Part shown: in pieces, positions 41,392 through 54,060 of the stretch
Numbering within the stretch: the first letter of the stretch is position 1
Layout: every line of letters begins with the position of its first letter
NCBI GenBank assembly: GCA_963763775.1
Contig: CAVXPZ010000001.1
Span: forward strand, 1,120,001 to 1,184,000
Source of the DNA: an uncultured Chloroflexia bacterium
Lineage (GTDB): Bacteria > Chloroflexota > Limnocylindria > Limnocylindrales > CSP1-4
DNA length: 64,000 nt
Reading direction: 5' to 3'
The notes under the pieces: model-generated
What the model was told of the DNA's origin: nothing
Databases searched by the model: none
What the model saw: only the letters and a program-made list of their open reading frames with translations
Position numbers and translations under genes: made by a program

Positions 41392-42638
41392 ACGGTCCGA
41401 ACCTCCATCCGCGTCGCGCCGATCGAGTCGATCGAGATCGACCTGCGACCACCCGCCCCACGCGACCGAGTAGTCGCCGCGGAACCCGCTGAACCGGACC
41501 CGCCCCTGGTCGTCGGTGACGAGCCGCGTCTCCGGCAGCCACCAGTCGCCCTTGACGAGCCCGCGCAGCGCCTCGAACGCCGGCTTCGGCGTCGCATCCG
41601 CGTACACGAGGCCACCGGGCGCGTGCAGCCACTCGCCGTCCGGCAGGCCCCACCACGTGATCGACGCGACCGCGGGGTGCGACACCAGCGTCGAGTAGTG
41701 CGTGACGACCTCCTCGGCCTGGCGCGCCAGCCCCTCGGGCGTCGACGGCCACTCGTCGACCTGGAAGTCGTTGAGGTCCACGATCTCGGGCGGCATCAGG
41801 TCGCCCGACACGAGCGTGTTCTCGGTGAAGTGGATCGGCAGCCCGAACCGCGCGAACCGCTCCAGCACCGACAGCGTCTTCTCGACGCCCCAATACCCCT
41901 GGTGCATGTGCGACTGGAGCCCGAGCGCATCGAACCGGATCCCGGCCTCGAGGCAGTCCTCGATCAGGTGCTCGTAGTCGGCCGACATGTCGAAGTCGTT
42001 GAGCAGCAGCGTCGCGCCCGGGTTCGCGGCCCGCGTCGTGTCCATCATCATCCGCACGGTCTCGACCCGGCCGAGCTTCTGGCACAGCCGCGTGATGCCG
42101 TTCGGCTCCTTGGCGAAGACCGGCATGATCACGACCTCGTTGAGGACGTCCCACGTGTCGATGAGCCCGGCGAAGTCCGTGACGTCGCGCGTGATCCGCG
42201 CCCGCTGGACCGCCTCGACCTCGTCGACGGGCAGGTCCACGAGCCACGGCGCGGTCAGCGTGTGCCAGCACAGCGGATGGCCCTTGACCGAGACCCCGCG
42301 ATCGACGAACCAGCGCGCCGCCGCCAGGAGCCGCGCCGTGTCCGGCCGGCCGCGCTCGGGCTCGAAGCGAGCCCAGTAGAACGGCAGCGTGGCGGTGTTG
42401 AAGAGCCGACAGCCACTCGTCGTAGAGGCGTTCGGTCGTGGCCCGCGCCTCGGGGTCGCGCGTCCAGCTCGCCGTTCGCGAGCGGGATCGCCTCGAACCC
42501 GGTGCACCCGAACCGGAACGCGTGGCTGCGCTGCGCGACGGTGACCTCCTGGCCGGGGAGCGGGGCCCCGTCGGCGCCCAGCACGGTCAGCTCGACGTCG
42601 GCGATACGGGCGGCGCGGATGGCGGCATCGACGGTCAT
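41388..42638 (-). CDS. GH10 endo-1,4-beta-xylanase-like protein, no evident signal peptide (frameshifted)
   Basis: FNTATLPFYW, KGHPLCWH, WDVLNE, LLLNDF, LGLQSHMH, PIHFTE, ITWW. Confidence 0.88.
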
Positions 42639-42669
42639 CGCCGAAGCCTAGCCGCGATACAGTGCGCCC

Positions 42670-43884
42670 GTGGAGACGTACGACCTCGCCGAGGCGGCCC
42701 AGCGGAGCGGGGTCAGCGCCGAGACGCTCCGGCGAGTTCGTGCGACCTCGGGATCATCACCCCCGACGCGAACGGCCGATTCACGTCGGGCCATCTGCGT
42801 CGCGCCGGGCTGGTCAAGGGGCTGATCGGGCGCCGGCATCCCGCTCGACGGGCTCGCGGCGGCGATCCGCAGCGGGCAGGTCTCGCTCGACTTCCTCGAC
42901 GCGCCGACGTTCGACCGGTTCTCGGCGCTCAGCGGCGCGACGTTCGCGGAGCTGGCCGAGCGGAGCGGGCGTGTCCGATCGAGCTCCTGCTGTCGATCCG
43001 CGAGACCGCCGGCTCCCCTGCGCCGCGAACCGACCGATCGGCTGCGCGAGGCGGAGACTGCCGTACGTCGACTGGTCCAGACCGGGCCTCGAAGGCGGGA
43101 TCCGGGCGGGGCCGCTCGAGCAGCTGCATGCGCGCCCAGGGCGACGGCCTGCGACGCATCGCGGAGACGGAGGCCTCGATGTGGCAGGCCGAGGTCATCG
43201 CCCGGGCGATCGGCCGCCGGCATGCGACCAGGACGAGATCCTCGGCGACGACCTCGGCGACCGGATGAGCGCGCTGTCCGAGCAGGCGGTCATCGGCATG
43301 TACCACCTCCAGCAGACGCGGGCCTGGAGGCAACAACATCATCGAAGGGCTCGAGGCCCAGCTGGCCGCGGCCGGGCTGCACAGCCGGCTCGACCATCCC
43401 CCGGCGATGTGCTTCCTCGACATCACCGGCTACACGCGGCTGACCCAGGAGCTCGGCGACGCGGCGGCGGTCCAGGTGGCCGAGCAGCTCGGCGGCGATC
43501 GTCCAGCGGACGTCGATCCGGCACGGCGGCCGACCGGTGAAGTGGCTCGGCGACGGCGTGATGCTGCACTTCCCGGACCCGGGGCTCGGCGTGGTGGCCG
43601 CGCTCGAGATGGTCGCCGGCGTGGCCGAGGCCGGGCTGCCGCCCGCGCACGTCGGCCTGCACGCGGGTCCGGTGATCTTCCAGGAGGGCGACTACTACGG
43701 CCAGACGGTGAACGTCGCGTCACGGATCGCCGACTACGCGCGACCGGGCGAGGTGGTCGTCAGCCAGGAGGTCGTCGACGCCGTCGGCGACGGCGCGGGT
43801 CGTCGTTCCACGACGTCGGCCCGGTCGAGCTCAAGGGCGTCGCTGGGCGCGATGCACCTGCACGTGGCGTCGGCGCCCGGCTGA
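42670..43884 (+). CDS. Class III adenylate/guanylate cyclase with MerR-like N-terminal HTH (frameshifted)
   Basis: LAEAAQRSGVS; FLDITGYTRLT, VKWLGDGVM, HVGLHAGPV, DYYGQTVNVASRI. Confidence 0.88.
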
Positions 43885-43938
43885 GCGCCGCGCGACCCGC
43901 CAGCGGCCGCGGCGCCGGGCGCGCCGGCCCGCGGTCCC

Positions 43939-45126
43939 CTACCCCAGGATCTGGAGCGGCTGGATCCCCGCGAGCGGTCCGTCGGGCTTCGGCGTCGCCA
44001 GCTCCGGTTCGGGCTCGCGGCCCGCCTCGCGTGCCGCCATCGCCTCGTCGAGCTGCGCGAGCAGGCTCGGGATCCCCGAGCGGAGCGCATCCGCGTACGC
44101 CGGCCCGATGTGCGACATGAGCTCCTTCTCGCGCTTGGTCTTCGGCGGCCCGAACCGCATGTGGATGGTCGTGCCGGTCGTCGTCGGCTCGAACTCGATC
44201 GTGTGGAGCACCTTGATCGGCCCGCTCGGCGCGTCGAGGATCGTCCGGTCGCTGACGTAGTCGTACGGGCGCCAGTCGAGGATCTCCTCGACGACCGCGT
44301 CCTTGCCGTGCATGCAGTGGTTCGACGACCCGACGCCGCGCCGCCCGCCCGTCGCCCCCTCGATCGCGACCTGCGTCACCCACGGCTGCCACGACATCCG
44401 CTGGCCGGGCTTCGTCAGGAACTCCCACGCCACCTGCGGCGGCACGTCCGTCGGGATGGACACGACGACGCTCGCCGCCTCGGGGGTCACGAAGACGCGG
44501 CCGCGGGCCTCCTCCTCCTGCCAGCGCCGCTCGAGGTCGAGCACCCAGCCCGGCACGTCGCCGATCCGGTCGTACGTCTCGGTGTTCGCGATCATGCCGA
44601 GGGCGGCCGGGTCGAGGTCCGACGGCATCGATGCACGCCTGGCTGAACAGCGCGTACGCGCCGATCCCGAGCCGCTCGACGACCTCGTTCTTGAGCAGCC
44701 GATGCACGACGATCACGTCCGACCCGAGGAGCTCGCTGCGGCCGGCGACCTTCTGCTGGATGGCGACGCCGTGGTGGACGACGAACTTGAGGTCGAGGTC
44801 CGGGATCCGCGAGCACGCGCCGCATTCGCAGGACGTCGCCTGGCGGACGTCGCGCCGACGCCGGCGGAAGCCGAAGTAGCAGCGCTCGATGGTGTCGAGC
44901 AGCATCGAGCCGTCGATCCGCTCGAGCAGCGGCGAACGTGAAGGCGGCGTCGCCTTCGAGCTTCGCGAGCCGGAAGTTGGGCCGCAGCGCCGTGACGACC
45001 GCGCCGATGAGGTCCGCGAGGATGTCCTGGGCGTGGTCGAGCTCGACGTCGGCGAGGTAGCCGGTGTAGCCCGGAGATGTCGGCGATCAGGAAGCAGGCG
45101 GGACGCGCGTCCCCGCTCGTGATCAA
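43939..45126 (-). CDS. DUF2652 (cyclase-like) plus SRPBCC domain protein (frameshifted)
   Basis: FLIADISGYTGYL, KLEGDA, CECGAC, LKFVVHHG, GSDVIVVHRLLKN, then PQVAWEFLT..HCMHG..EILDWRP. Confidence 0.85.
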
Positions 45127-45743
45127 CCGTGGTCCGCCGCGAGCCGCTCCCCCGCTTCGACGCGGACCGCCAGCCGGTTCTCGGGCGGCGTGATCGGGCA
45201 CGAGAAGATCACGTCGTACACGCACGACGGGTGGTACGCGAGGTTGAAGTCGAGCGCGTACGTGCCGTCGTCCTCGGGCTCGAGGTCCATGTACCGCCCC
45301 GCGCCGTAGGTCTCGGTGCCGCTGGTCGCGTCGAGGAACGGCACGAAGAGCGACGTCGGTTCGCCGTCGTTGAGGACGTAGGCGGTCAGCTGGCGCGGCT
45401 CGCCACCGATGTCGAAGCGGAACACGCCGCCTCGATGCGCCGGCCGCAGCTTCCCGTCCGATGTCGGGATCTGGAAGTGCGACGGCTCGTCGCCGGTGTA
45501 CGGCTCGAGCGTCAGCTCCTCGAAGCGCAGCGACTCGTCGACCGGGTAGTACGGCAAGCCCTCGAAGGCCTCGCGCTCCGCGACCGGGAGCGGGCTGTGG
45601 TCGCCGTGCTTGAAGTAGTGGTCCTTGTCGGCACGGAACGCCTCGACCGCGTCGGGATACGAGAGCTCGTGCTCGTGGTGGTCGTGCTCACCGTGGTCGT
45701 GGTGCTCGTGATCGTGCTCACCGTGGTCGTGCTCGTCGGCCAT
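45123..45743 (-). CDS. DUF1684 protein with His-rich N-terminus
   Basis: LFVPFLDATSGTETYGAGRY, LDFNLAYHPSCVY, CPITPPENRL, AGE. Confidence 0.9.
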   Translation of the reverse strand: MADEHDHGEHDHEHHDHGEHDHHEHELSYPDAVEAFRADKDHYFKHGDHSPLPVAEREAFEGLPYYPVDESLRFEELTLEPYTGDEPSHFQIPTSDGKLRPAHRGGVFRFDIGGEPRQLTAYVLNDGEPTSLFVPFLDATSGTETYGAGRYMDLEPEDDGTYALDFNLAYHPSCVYDVIFSCPITPPENRLAVRVEAGERLAADHG

Positions 45744-45800
45744 CGCGGGCTCCTCAGGCGGGGCGCCCATTCTGCGCCGCCACGACTCGCGCGTCGCTGC

Positions 45801-46750
45801 TCACGTGCGCTTCTTGATGCTCGTGATCACGAACGCCGCGCGGCAGGACGTGATGATCTCGTCGCGGCTGAGCGGCGGCTTCGTGGTCCCGTCCGTGGAC
45901 TTGCCCTTGCACGATGCCGCGGCCTTGTCGTCGAAGTGGCCGGTGACCGTGACGTCGATCCAGTCCTTCGGCTCGACGCCCGGGTGGAGCCCCGTGGCGT
46001 TGAACCCGGGCTTGAGGATCGAGAAGAACGAGTCGGTCGTCTTCGGGCTCGCGATGAGGAACTTGGGCTGCGGGCACGTGCTGCCGAGCCAATCGGGCTC
46101 GATGGTCCAGCCGATATCGACGCCGCACGTCGCCTCGGGCGCCTCGAGCCGCGCGGGGAACGTCAGCGTCTTGCGCCCGAAGCAGGCGAGGCCGGCCGTG
46201 GGCTCGAGATCCTGGAAGGCCGCGAAGCTGGTCGGCGGCTTGGGGCACGGGTACGAGCCGGCCTTGACCCACGGTGTCCCGTCCTTGTCCGCCGCGGCGA
46301 TCCAGCCGAACGGGAAGTAGCCCTCGCCCTCGCCCGGCGCGCGCAGGGGCTGGACCTCGTACCACGTGTAGCCGGACCCGGCGACCGGCCCCTTGACGAC
46401 GAGGACGTCGCGGCCCTTGCCGAGGAGCGGCGTGAGCTTGTTCGAGTCGGCGCCGACCGAGGGCTTCGAACGGACGCGAAGGTCGTTCGTGACGACCGTC
46501 GCGATCGGCGCCGGGCTTGAGTGTCGTGCCCGACGGCGCCGCGGTCGCGCTGGAGGAGGCCGACGCGGTCGCCTCGGGTGTCGGCTCGGACTGAAGCGGC
46601 GGCATCGCTCGGGACCGCGGTCGGGCCGACCGCGGCGGACGGGACCGGCGATCCGGTCGGGGTCGGTGGCGGGACCTGCCCGCAGGCCGCCAGCGCCATG
46701 CCCAGGACGATGAGGCCCCCGAGACCGAGAGCGAGGCGCCGGGATCGCAT
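45801..46750 (-). CDS. Lipoprotein with SH3b-like and Cys-rich domains (frameshifted)
   Basis: Lipobox LAAC; LRVRSKPS..GPVAGSGYTWYEV..GWIAA; GHFDDKAAASC...CRAAFVIT. Confidence 0.7.
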
Positions 46751-46788
46751 GCCGGCATCGTACGCCCGGTCCGCCCGGCGTCCGAGGT

Positions 46789-48887
46789 CTAGGCGGGGCG
46801 CGTGACCCGGATGATCTCGAGGATCTCGTCGCCGTAGGAATCGACCTTGCCCGGGCCGATGCCCTTCACGCGTCGCAGGCCCGCGGCGCTGACCGGGCGG
46901 ATCTCCGCGATCGCGGCGAGGGTCTGGTCGTGCAGGATGATGTAGGCGGGCACCCCGTCCTCGCGGGCACGGGCCGTGCGCCAGGCACGGAGCGCGGCCA
47001 TCACGGGATCGTCGTCGGCGGGGTCAGCCCCGGCACTCGCCACGGAACGGACTGACCGCCGGCGCTGTTGTTCGGCCTCGAACCGGTCCGGGTGCTGCAC
47101 GATCCGCTGCGCCGGCCGGGGCCGCAGGTCGGCGAGGAACCGGCTCGGCAGCCGTCGCGTGGTCCGTCCCTTCGCCTCGCGCTCTGCGGCCCACGAGATC
47201 AGCAGATGCTCCCGCGCCCGCGTGATCCCGACGTAGAGCAGCCGCCGTTCCTCGTCGAGCAGCGCGTCGTCCTCGAACGCCTGGCGGATCGGGAGGGAGC
47301 CGTCCTCGAGCATCGGCAGGGCGACCGCGTCCCATTCGAGGCCCTTCGCGCGGTGATAGGTCAGCAGGTTCACGCCATCGGCCGAGCCCGCGCGCTCCGC
47401 CGCGCGTCGACGGTCCAGCTCGGCGAGGTACCCGGCAGCCTCCAGGCCGCCGTCCGATCCGAGTTGCGTGCCGAGGATGTCGATCAGCGTGTCGAGGGCC
47501 GCGGTCCGCTCCCGGGCCTCGTCACCGGCCGAGGCCGTGGCGTCGTCCGCGTCGTAGCCCAGTTCCTTGGCCCACAGGTCGCGGACGGCGCCACGCAACG
47601 CGGGACCGGTCGCGACCAGCTTCCCGGCCGTGGCCGCGCGACGGACGAGATCGATCGCCCCGCGCACGTCCGGTCGGTCGTAGAACCGCAGGCCGCGGAC
47701 CTGGTACGGGATCCCGGCGCGGGTCATCGCGGCCTCGACGGGCTCGAGCTGCGCGTTCATCCGCACGAGCACCGCGATCTCCGACGCCGCGGTCCCGCCC
47801 GCGATCCGCGCCCGGACCCACGCGATGAGCGCGGCCATCTCCGCGTCCTCGGTGTTGTGCCGGACGATCGCGGGCTCGGGGCCGTCGGGCCGCGTCGTCT
47901 CGAGCCGCTTGGTCCGCCCCGTCGACGCGAGCAGGCGGTTCGCGAGCTCGAGGATCTGCGGGCTCGACCGGTAGTTCTCCGCGAGCGTCACGACCCGTGC
48001 CCCCGGCCACCGCGCCTCGAACCCGACCAGGTGGTCGCTGCTCGCGCCGGTGAACGTGTAGATGGTCTGGTCCTCGTCGCCGACCACGCACACGTCGCGC
48101 CGCTCTCCGAGCCACAGTTCGAGCAGCCGCTGCTGGAGCAGGTTCGTGTCCTGGTACTCGTCGACGCTGAACCAGCGCTTGCGCTCGCGGACCATCGCCG
48201 CCGCGTCGGCGTCGTGTTCGAGCAGGTCGACGGTCTCGATCAGGAGGTCGTCGAAATCGATGCGTCCGGCCCGCGTCCGGGCGCGCTCGTAGCCGGCGAA
48301 GATGCGGACGAAGAGGTCGACCGGGATCGGCGACTCGCGCCCGCGGCGGACGTGGCACCCCCTCCGACCGCGCCGGCGTCGGCGACCTCGATCGCCTTCT
48401 CGTACGTCTGCGGTGTCAGTCGATGGCTCTTCGCCCACTCGATCTCGCTCGCGAGGTCCTTCGCGGGCGTGAACCGGTAGTGCCCCGGTAACTGCCGGAC
48501 CAGGGGCACGAGGATCGGCAGCTTCGAGTCGAGCAGGTCGGGCATCGGGTCGCCTTCGTGGCGCGACGGCCAGAAGTGCCGGAGCTGGCTCAGCGCATGG
48601 GCGTGGAAGGTCCGGGCGGTCACCCCGGGAAGCCCGAGATCCCGGAGCCGCTCGACCATCTCGGTCGCGGCCTTGTCCGTGAACGTCACGATCAGGACCT
48701 GGTCCGCGGGCACCGCGTCGGTGGCGATCGCGTAGGCGGCTCGCCGACTGATGACGCGTGTCTTGCCCGTGCCCGCACCGGCGTGGATCACGACCGGACC
48801 CTCGACCGAGGTGACCGCCTCGCGCTGCGCCGCGTTCAGGTCGTCGAGCAGCCGTTCGGGGGCGAGGTCGCGGGTGGTCAGGGGCAC
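46789..48887 (-). CDS. UvrD/REP helicase with HRDC domain (UvrD2-like; frameshift near 48340)
   Basis: AGAGTGKT, TFHA, VDEYQD, VGDEDQTIYTF, ENYRS, YHRAKGLEW, LYVGITRA, GVPAYIILHDQTL. Confidence 0.92.
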
Positions 48888-48997
48888 GGCTCCAGCATAG
48901 GCGCTTCCGCTCATCGACCGGCCACCGCGGCGCGCGGCCGGCGACGGCCGGGGCCTGTCGCCGGGCCGATCCGGCGGCGACCCGCTACGCTCCGCGG

Positions 48998-49876
48998 ATG
49001 AAGCTCGGCATCCAGATCTCCTCGTTCTCCTGGCCCGGCGGCACGCCGGCCATCGGCCCCACGCTCGCCCAGGTGGTCCGCCAGGCGGACGACGTCGGCC
49101 TCGACTCGATCTGGGTCATGGACCACTTCTTCCAGATCCGCAGCGTCGGCCCCGCGGAGGAGCCGATGCTCGAGGGCATGACGGCCCTCGGGTTCATGGC
49201 CGCGCATTCCTCGCGCGCGCGCCTGGGCCTCATGGTCGGCGGCGTCCACTACCGCAACCCGGCGCTCTGGGTGAAGGCCACGACGACGCTCGATGTGCTC
49301 TCCGGCGGCCGGGCATGGCTCGGCATCGGGGCCGCGTGGAACGAGCAGGAGTCGCGCGGGCTCGGGTTCCCGTTCCCGCCGCTGGGCGAGCGGTTCGAGA
49401 TGCTCGAGGAGACCCTCCAGATCGCGCACGCGATGTGGACCGGCGAGCGCGGCACCGAGGGCGAGCACCGCGGGAAGCACTACCAGGCGGAGCACCTCCT
49501 CAACTCCCCGCAGTCGCTGTCACGCCCCAGGGTGCCGATCATGATCGGGGGCGGCGGCGAGAAGAAGACCCTGCGCCTCGTGGCGCAGTACGCCGACGCG
49601 ACGAACGTCTTCGGCTCCCCCGAGGGCATCGCCCGCAAGTACGCGATCCTCGCCGAGCACTGCGCCGCGGTCGGGCGCGACCCGAGCGAGATCGAGCACT
49701 CGACGCTCCAGAACATCGACTTCGCCCGCGAGTCCGCGGCCCAGGTCGTCGACCGCTTCGGCGAGCTGTCCGATGCCGGCGCCGAGCACATCATCTTCGG
49801 CGTCCGCGACAACCACGTGCCCGCGAACCTCGAGACGTTGGGTCGCGATGTGATCCCCCAGCTCCGTGACCTGTAG
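48998..49876 (+). CDS. LLM-class F420-dependent oxidoreductase
   Basis: WVMDHFFQI, YRNPA..TTLDVLSGGR, GERFEMLEE, IGGGGEKKTLRLVAQYAD. Confidence 0.93.
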   Translation: MKLGIQISSFSWPGGTPAIGPTLAQVVRQADDVGLDSIWVMDHFFQIRSVGPAEEPMLEGMTALGFMAAHSSRARLGLMVGGVHYRNPALWVKATTTLDVLSGGRAWLGIGAAWNEQESRGLGFPFPPLGERFEMLEETLQIAHAMWTGERGTEGEHRGKHYQAEHLLNSPQSLSRPRVPIMIGGGGEKKTLRLVAQYADATNVFGSPEGIARKYAILAEHCAAVGRDPSEIEHSTLQNIDFARESAAQVVDRFGELSDAGAEHIIFGVRDNHVPANLETLGRDVIPQLRDL

Positions 49877-51280
<1,404 letters not shown>

Positions 51281-51325
51281 TAGCGTCGGCCGCGTGAAGG
51301 TCGTGAACGTCGGCGGGAACGGCCG

Positions 51326-53512
51326 ATGAGTTTTCCGAGAGGGCAGACGCGCCAGGCGACCGGCGGCGCGGCCGGGCGCGGCAGCGGCGGAGGGGGCGCC
51401 GGCAACCGTGGCGGCGGCCGAGGCCGGATGGGCGGCATGTTCGGCGGCCCGACCACGGACTTCACCCCGGTCCCGAAGGAGCGCCGCGGCCGGACGATCG
51501 CCCGGATCATCGCGTTCTTCCGGCCCTACCGGTTCAAGGTCCTCGTCGTCCTGTTCGCGATCCTCATCACGAGCTTCCTCGGCCTGGTCAACCCGCTGCT
51601 GCTCGGCGTGCTGATCGACCAGGTCATCGTCGGCAAGGACTACACCAACCTCAACCTCTACGTCGGGCTGATGATCATCATCCCGATCGTCTCGGGGCTG
51701 ATCGGCGTCGGCCAGTCGTACCTCAACAACGTCATCGGCCAGAACGTCATGCAGGACCTGCGGGGCGCGCTCTACGCCCACCTCCAGCGGATGCCGCTGC
51801 GGTTCTTCACCGAGACGCGGACGGGCGAGATCCAGAGCCGGCTCGCGAACGACGTCGGTGGCATCCAGGCCGTCGTCACCGACACGGCCAGCTCGGTGAC
51901 GAGCAACCTGGCCATCTCGATCAGCACGATCGTGGCGATGTTCCTGCTCAACTGGGAGCTCGCGATCCTCTCGTTGGTGATGCTCCCCTTCTTCATGCTG
52001 CTGACGTACCGGGTCGGCAAGATCCGCCGCGACGTCAGCGGGGAGACCCAGGTGGCGCTCGCCGAGATGAGCGCCGCGACCGAGGAGACCCTGTCGGTCT
52101 CGGGCATGCTGCTCGCCAAGACGTTCGGGCAGCAGGACGCCCAGATCAAGAAGTTCCGCACGCTCAACGCGAAGCTGGCGACGCTCCAGATCCGCCAGGC
52201 GATGGTCGGGCGCTGGTTCTTCATGATCATCGGCACGATCTTCTCGATCACGCCGGCGTTCGTGTACTGGCTCGCCGGCACGATGGCCGCGAACGGGAAC
52301 CCGGACGCGGCGAGCGCGGGCGCGATCGTGGCGTTCACGACGCTCCAGAGTCGACTGTTCTTCCCGCTCGGCCAGCTGCTCAACGTGCAGGTCGAGATCC
52401 AGGGCTCGCTCGCGCTCTTCGACCGGATCTTCGAGTACCTCGAGATGGATCCCGAGATCGTGGACGCGGCCGACGCCGTCGAGCTCGAGCCGTCCCAGGT
52501 CCGCGGCCGAGTCCGGTTGCGTGATGCCTCGTTCCGCTATCCGACCGTGGCCGTGCCCTCGGCCCTGGCCCACGAGAACGCCGCGGCGCAGGGCGAGGAC
52601 CAGGGCGCCGAACCCGCGGGACCGAGCCGCGGCACCGACGACATGGCCCCGATGGTGGCCGCGGCCGCGGTCGACGAGCAGGCGATGGAACGGCTCGTCG
52701 AGACCATCGACACCGTCGAGCCGCTCGGCGACATGCCGGCGATCCCCGAGGCCGAGACGATCCCGACGTTCGCGCTCGAGGGCATCGACTTCGAGGCACT
52801 CCCCGGCGAGCTGGTCGCGCTCGTCGGCCCGTCGGGCAGCGGCAAGACCACGACCACCTACCTGATCCCGCGCCTGTACGACGTCGATAAGGGCGCCGTC
52901 GAGATCGACGGCATCGACGTGCGGCGGATCAAGCTCGCCTCGCTGGGGCGGATCATCGGCGTGGTGACCCAGGAGACCTACCTGTTCCATGCCTCGGTGC
53001 GCGACAACCTGATGTACGCCCGCCCGGAAGCCTCGGAAGACGATCTCGTGGCGGCCACGACGGCCGCGGCCATCCACGAGCGGATCCTGGAACTCCCCGA
53101 GGGCTACGACACGGTCGTCGGCGAGCGTGGCTACAAGCTGTCGGGCGGGGAGAAGCAGCGCATCGCGATCGCCCGGGTCGTGCTCAAGGATCCGCGGATC
53201 CTGATCCTCGACGAGGCGACCTCGGCCCTCGACACGGTGTCCGAGCGGCTCATCCAGGCCGCCTTCGAGCGGCTCATGGAGGGCCGCACCACGATCGCGA
53301 TCGCCCACCGCCTGTCCACGATCCTGCGGGCCGACCGGATCCTCGTCTACGAGAAGGGCCACGTCGTCGAGCGCGGGACGCACACCGAGCTCATCGCGCA
53401 GGGCGGCCTGTACGCGCGGCTGTACCGCGAGCAGTTCCTGGCCGATCGCCCGGACGAGGCCGCGGCCCTGGCCGGGTCCGACGGCCCGACCGCGACGGCC
53501 GCCGCGGTCTAG
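51326..53512 (+). CDS. ABC exporter, fused permease and ATPase (MsbA/MdlB-like)
   Basis: TM domain, GPSGSGKTT, LSGGEKQR, LILDEATS, IAHRLST. Confidence 0.95.
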   Translation: MSFPRGQTRQATGGAAGRGSGGGGAGNRGGGRGRMGGMFGGPTTDFTPVPKERRGRTIARIIAFFRPYRFKVLVVLFAILITSFLGLVNPLLLGVLIDQVIVGKDYTNLNLYVGLMIIIPIVSGLIGVGQSYLNNVIGQNVMQDLRGALYAHLQRMPLRFFTETRTGEIQSRLANDVGGIQAVVTDTASSVTSNLAISISTIVAMFLLNWELAILSLVMLPFFMLLTYRVGKIRRDVSGETQVALAEMSAATEETLSVSGMLLAKTFGQQDAQIKKFRTLNAKLATLQIRQAMVGRWFFMIIGTIFSITPAFVYWLAGTMAANGNPDAASAGAIVAFTTLQSRLFFPLGQLLNVQVEIQGSLALFDRIFEYLEMDPEIVDAADAVELEPSQVRGRVRLRDASFRYPTVAVPSALAHENAAAQGEDQGAEPAGPSRGTDDMAPMVAAAAVDEQAMERLVETIDTVEPLGDMPAIPEAETIPTFALEGIDFEALPGELVALVGPSGSGKTTTTYLIPRLYDVDKGAVEIDGIDVRRIKLASLGRIIGVVTQETYLFHASVRDNLMYARPEASEDDLVAATTAAAIHERILELPEGYDTVVGERGYKLSGGEKQRIAIARVVLKDPRILILDEATSALDTVSERLIQAAFERLMEGRTTIAIAHRLSTILRADRILVYEKGHVVERGTHTELIAQGGLYARLYREQFLADRPDEAAALAGSDGPTATAAAV

Positions 53513-53521
53513 CATTCCCCC

Positions 53522-54016
53522 ATGGCCACCCACAAGACCGTCGACCTGCAGTTCCTCGGCGGCAGCCATTTCCACGCCGTCCCGAGTTCGGGGCACGAGA
53601 TCGACTTCGACGACCGGCGCTCGAACCAGGGCGGCAGCCCGGTCGAGACCGTGCTCGCGGCGCTCGCGGCCTGCTCCGCGATGGACGTCATCTCGATCGC
53701 GCTCAAGAAGCGCCAGGACGTCGTCGACTACCGCGTCCACGTCGAGGGCATCCAGCGAGACGAGTACCCGCAGGTGTTCCCCGAGATCACGGTGACCCAC
53801 TCGATCTCCGGCCCGGACATCTCCGAGGCCGCGATCCGCCGCTGCATCGAGCTCTCGGCGACCAAGTACTGCCCGGTCAACGCGATGCTGTCGGCCGGAG
53901 CCACGGTCGTGCACCACCGGTACGCGATCCACTCCACGGGGGCCAAGGCGTACGACGCCGACGGCGAAGTCATCGCGACCGGCCCGTACGCCCGCCCGGA
54001 CATCGTCCCGGCCTGA
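53522..54016 (+). CDS. OsmC/YhfA family protein
   Basis: SPVETVLAALAACSAMDV, LSATKYCPV. Confidence 0.92.
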   Translation: MATHKTVDLQFLGGSHFHAVPSSGHEIDFDDRRSNQGGSPVETVLAALAACSAMDVISIALKKRQDVVDYRVHVEGIQRDEYPQVFPEITVTHSISGPDISEAAIRRCIELSATKYCPVNAMLSAGATVVHHRYAIHSTGAKAYDADGEVIATGPYARPDIVPA

Positions 54017-54060
54017 GGTCTCTGGGCCGCCACTGGCGGCCGGACCGCACCGCCGCCGCA

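Noticed and set aside
40864-42507. Apparent GH10-DinB fusion
   Set aside because: An ATGA overlap at 41388-41391, preceded by GGAGG, indicates two genes joined by a frameshift error.
52540-52770. Intein in the ABC transporter
   Set aside because: No N-terminal Cys/Ser block, no His-Asn end, and too short and low in complexity.
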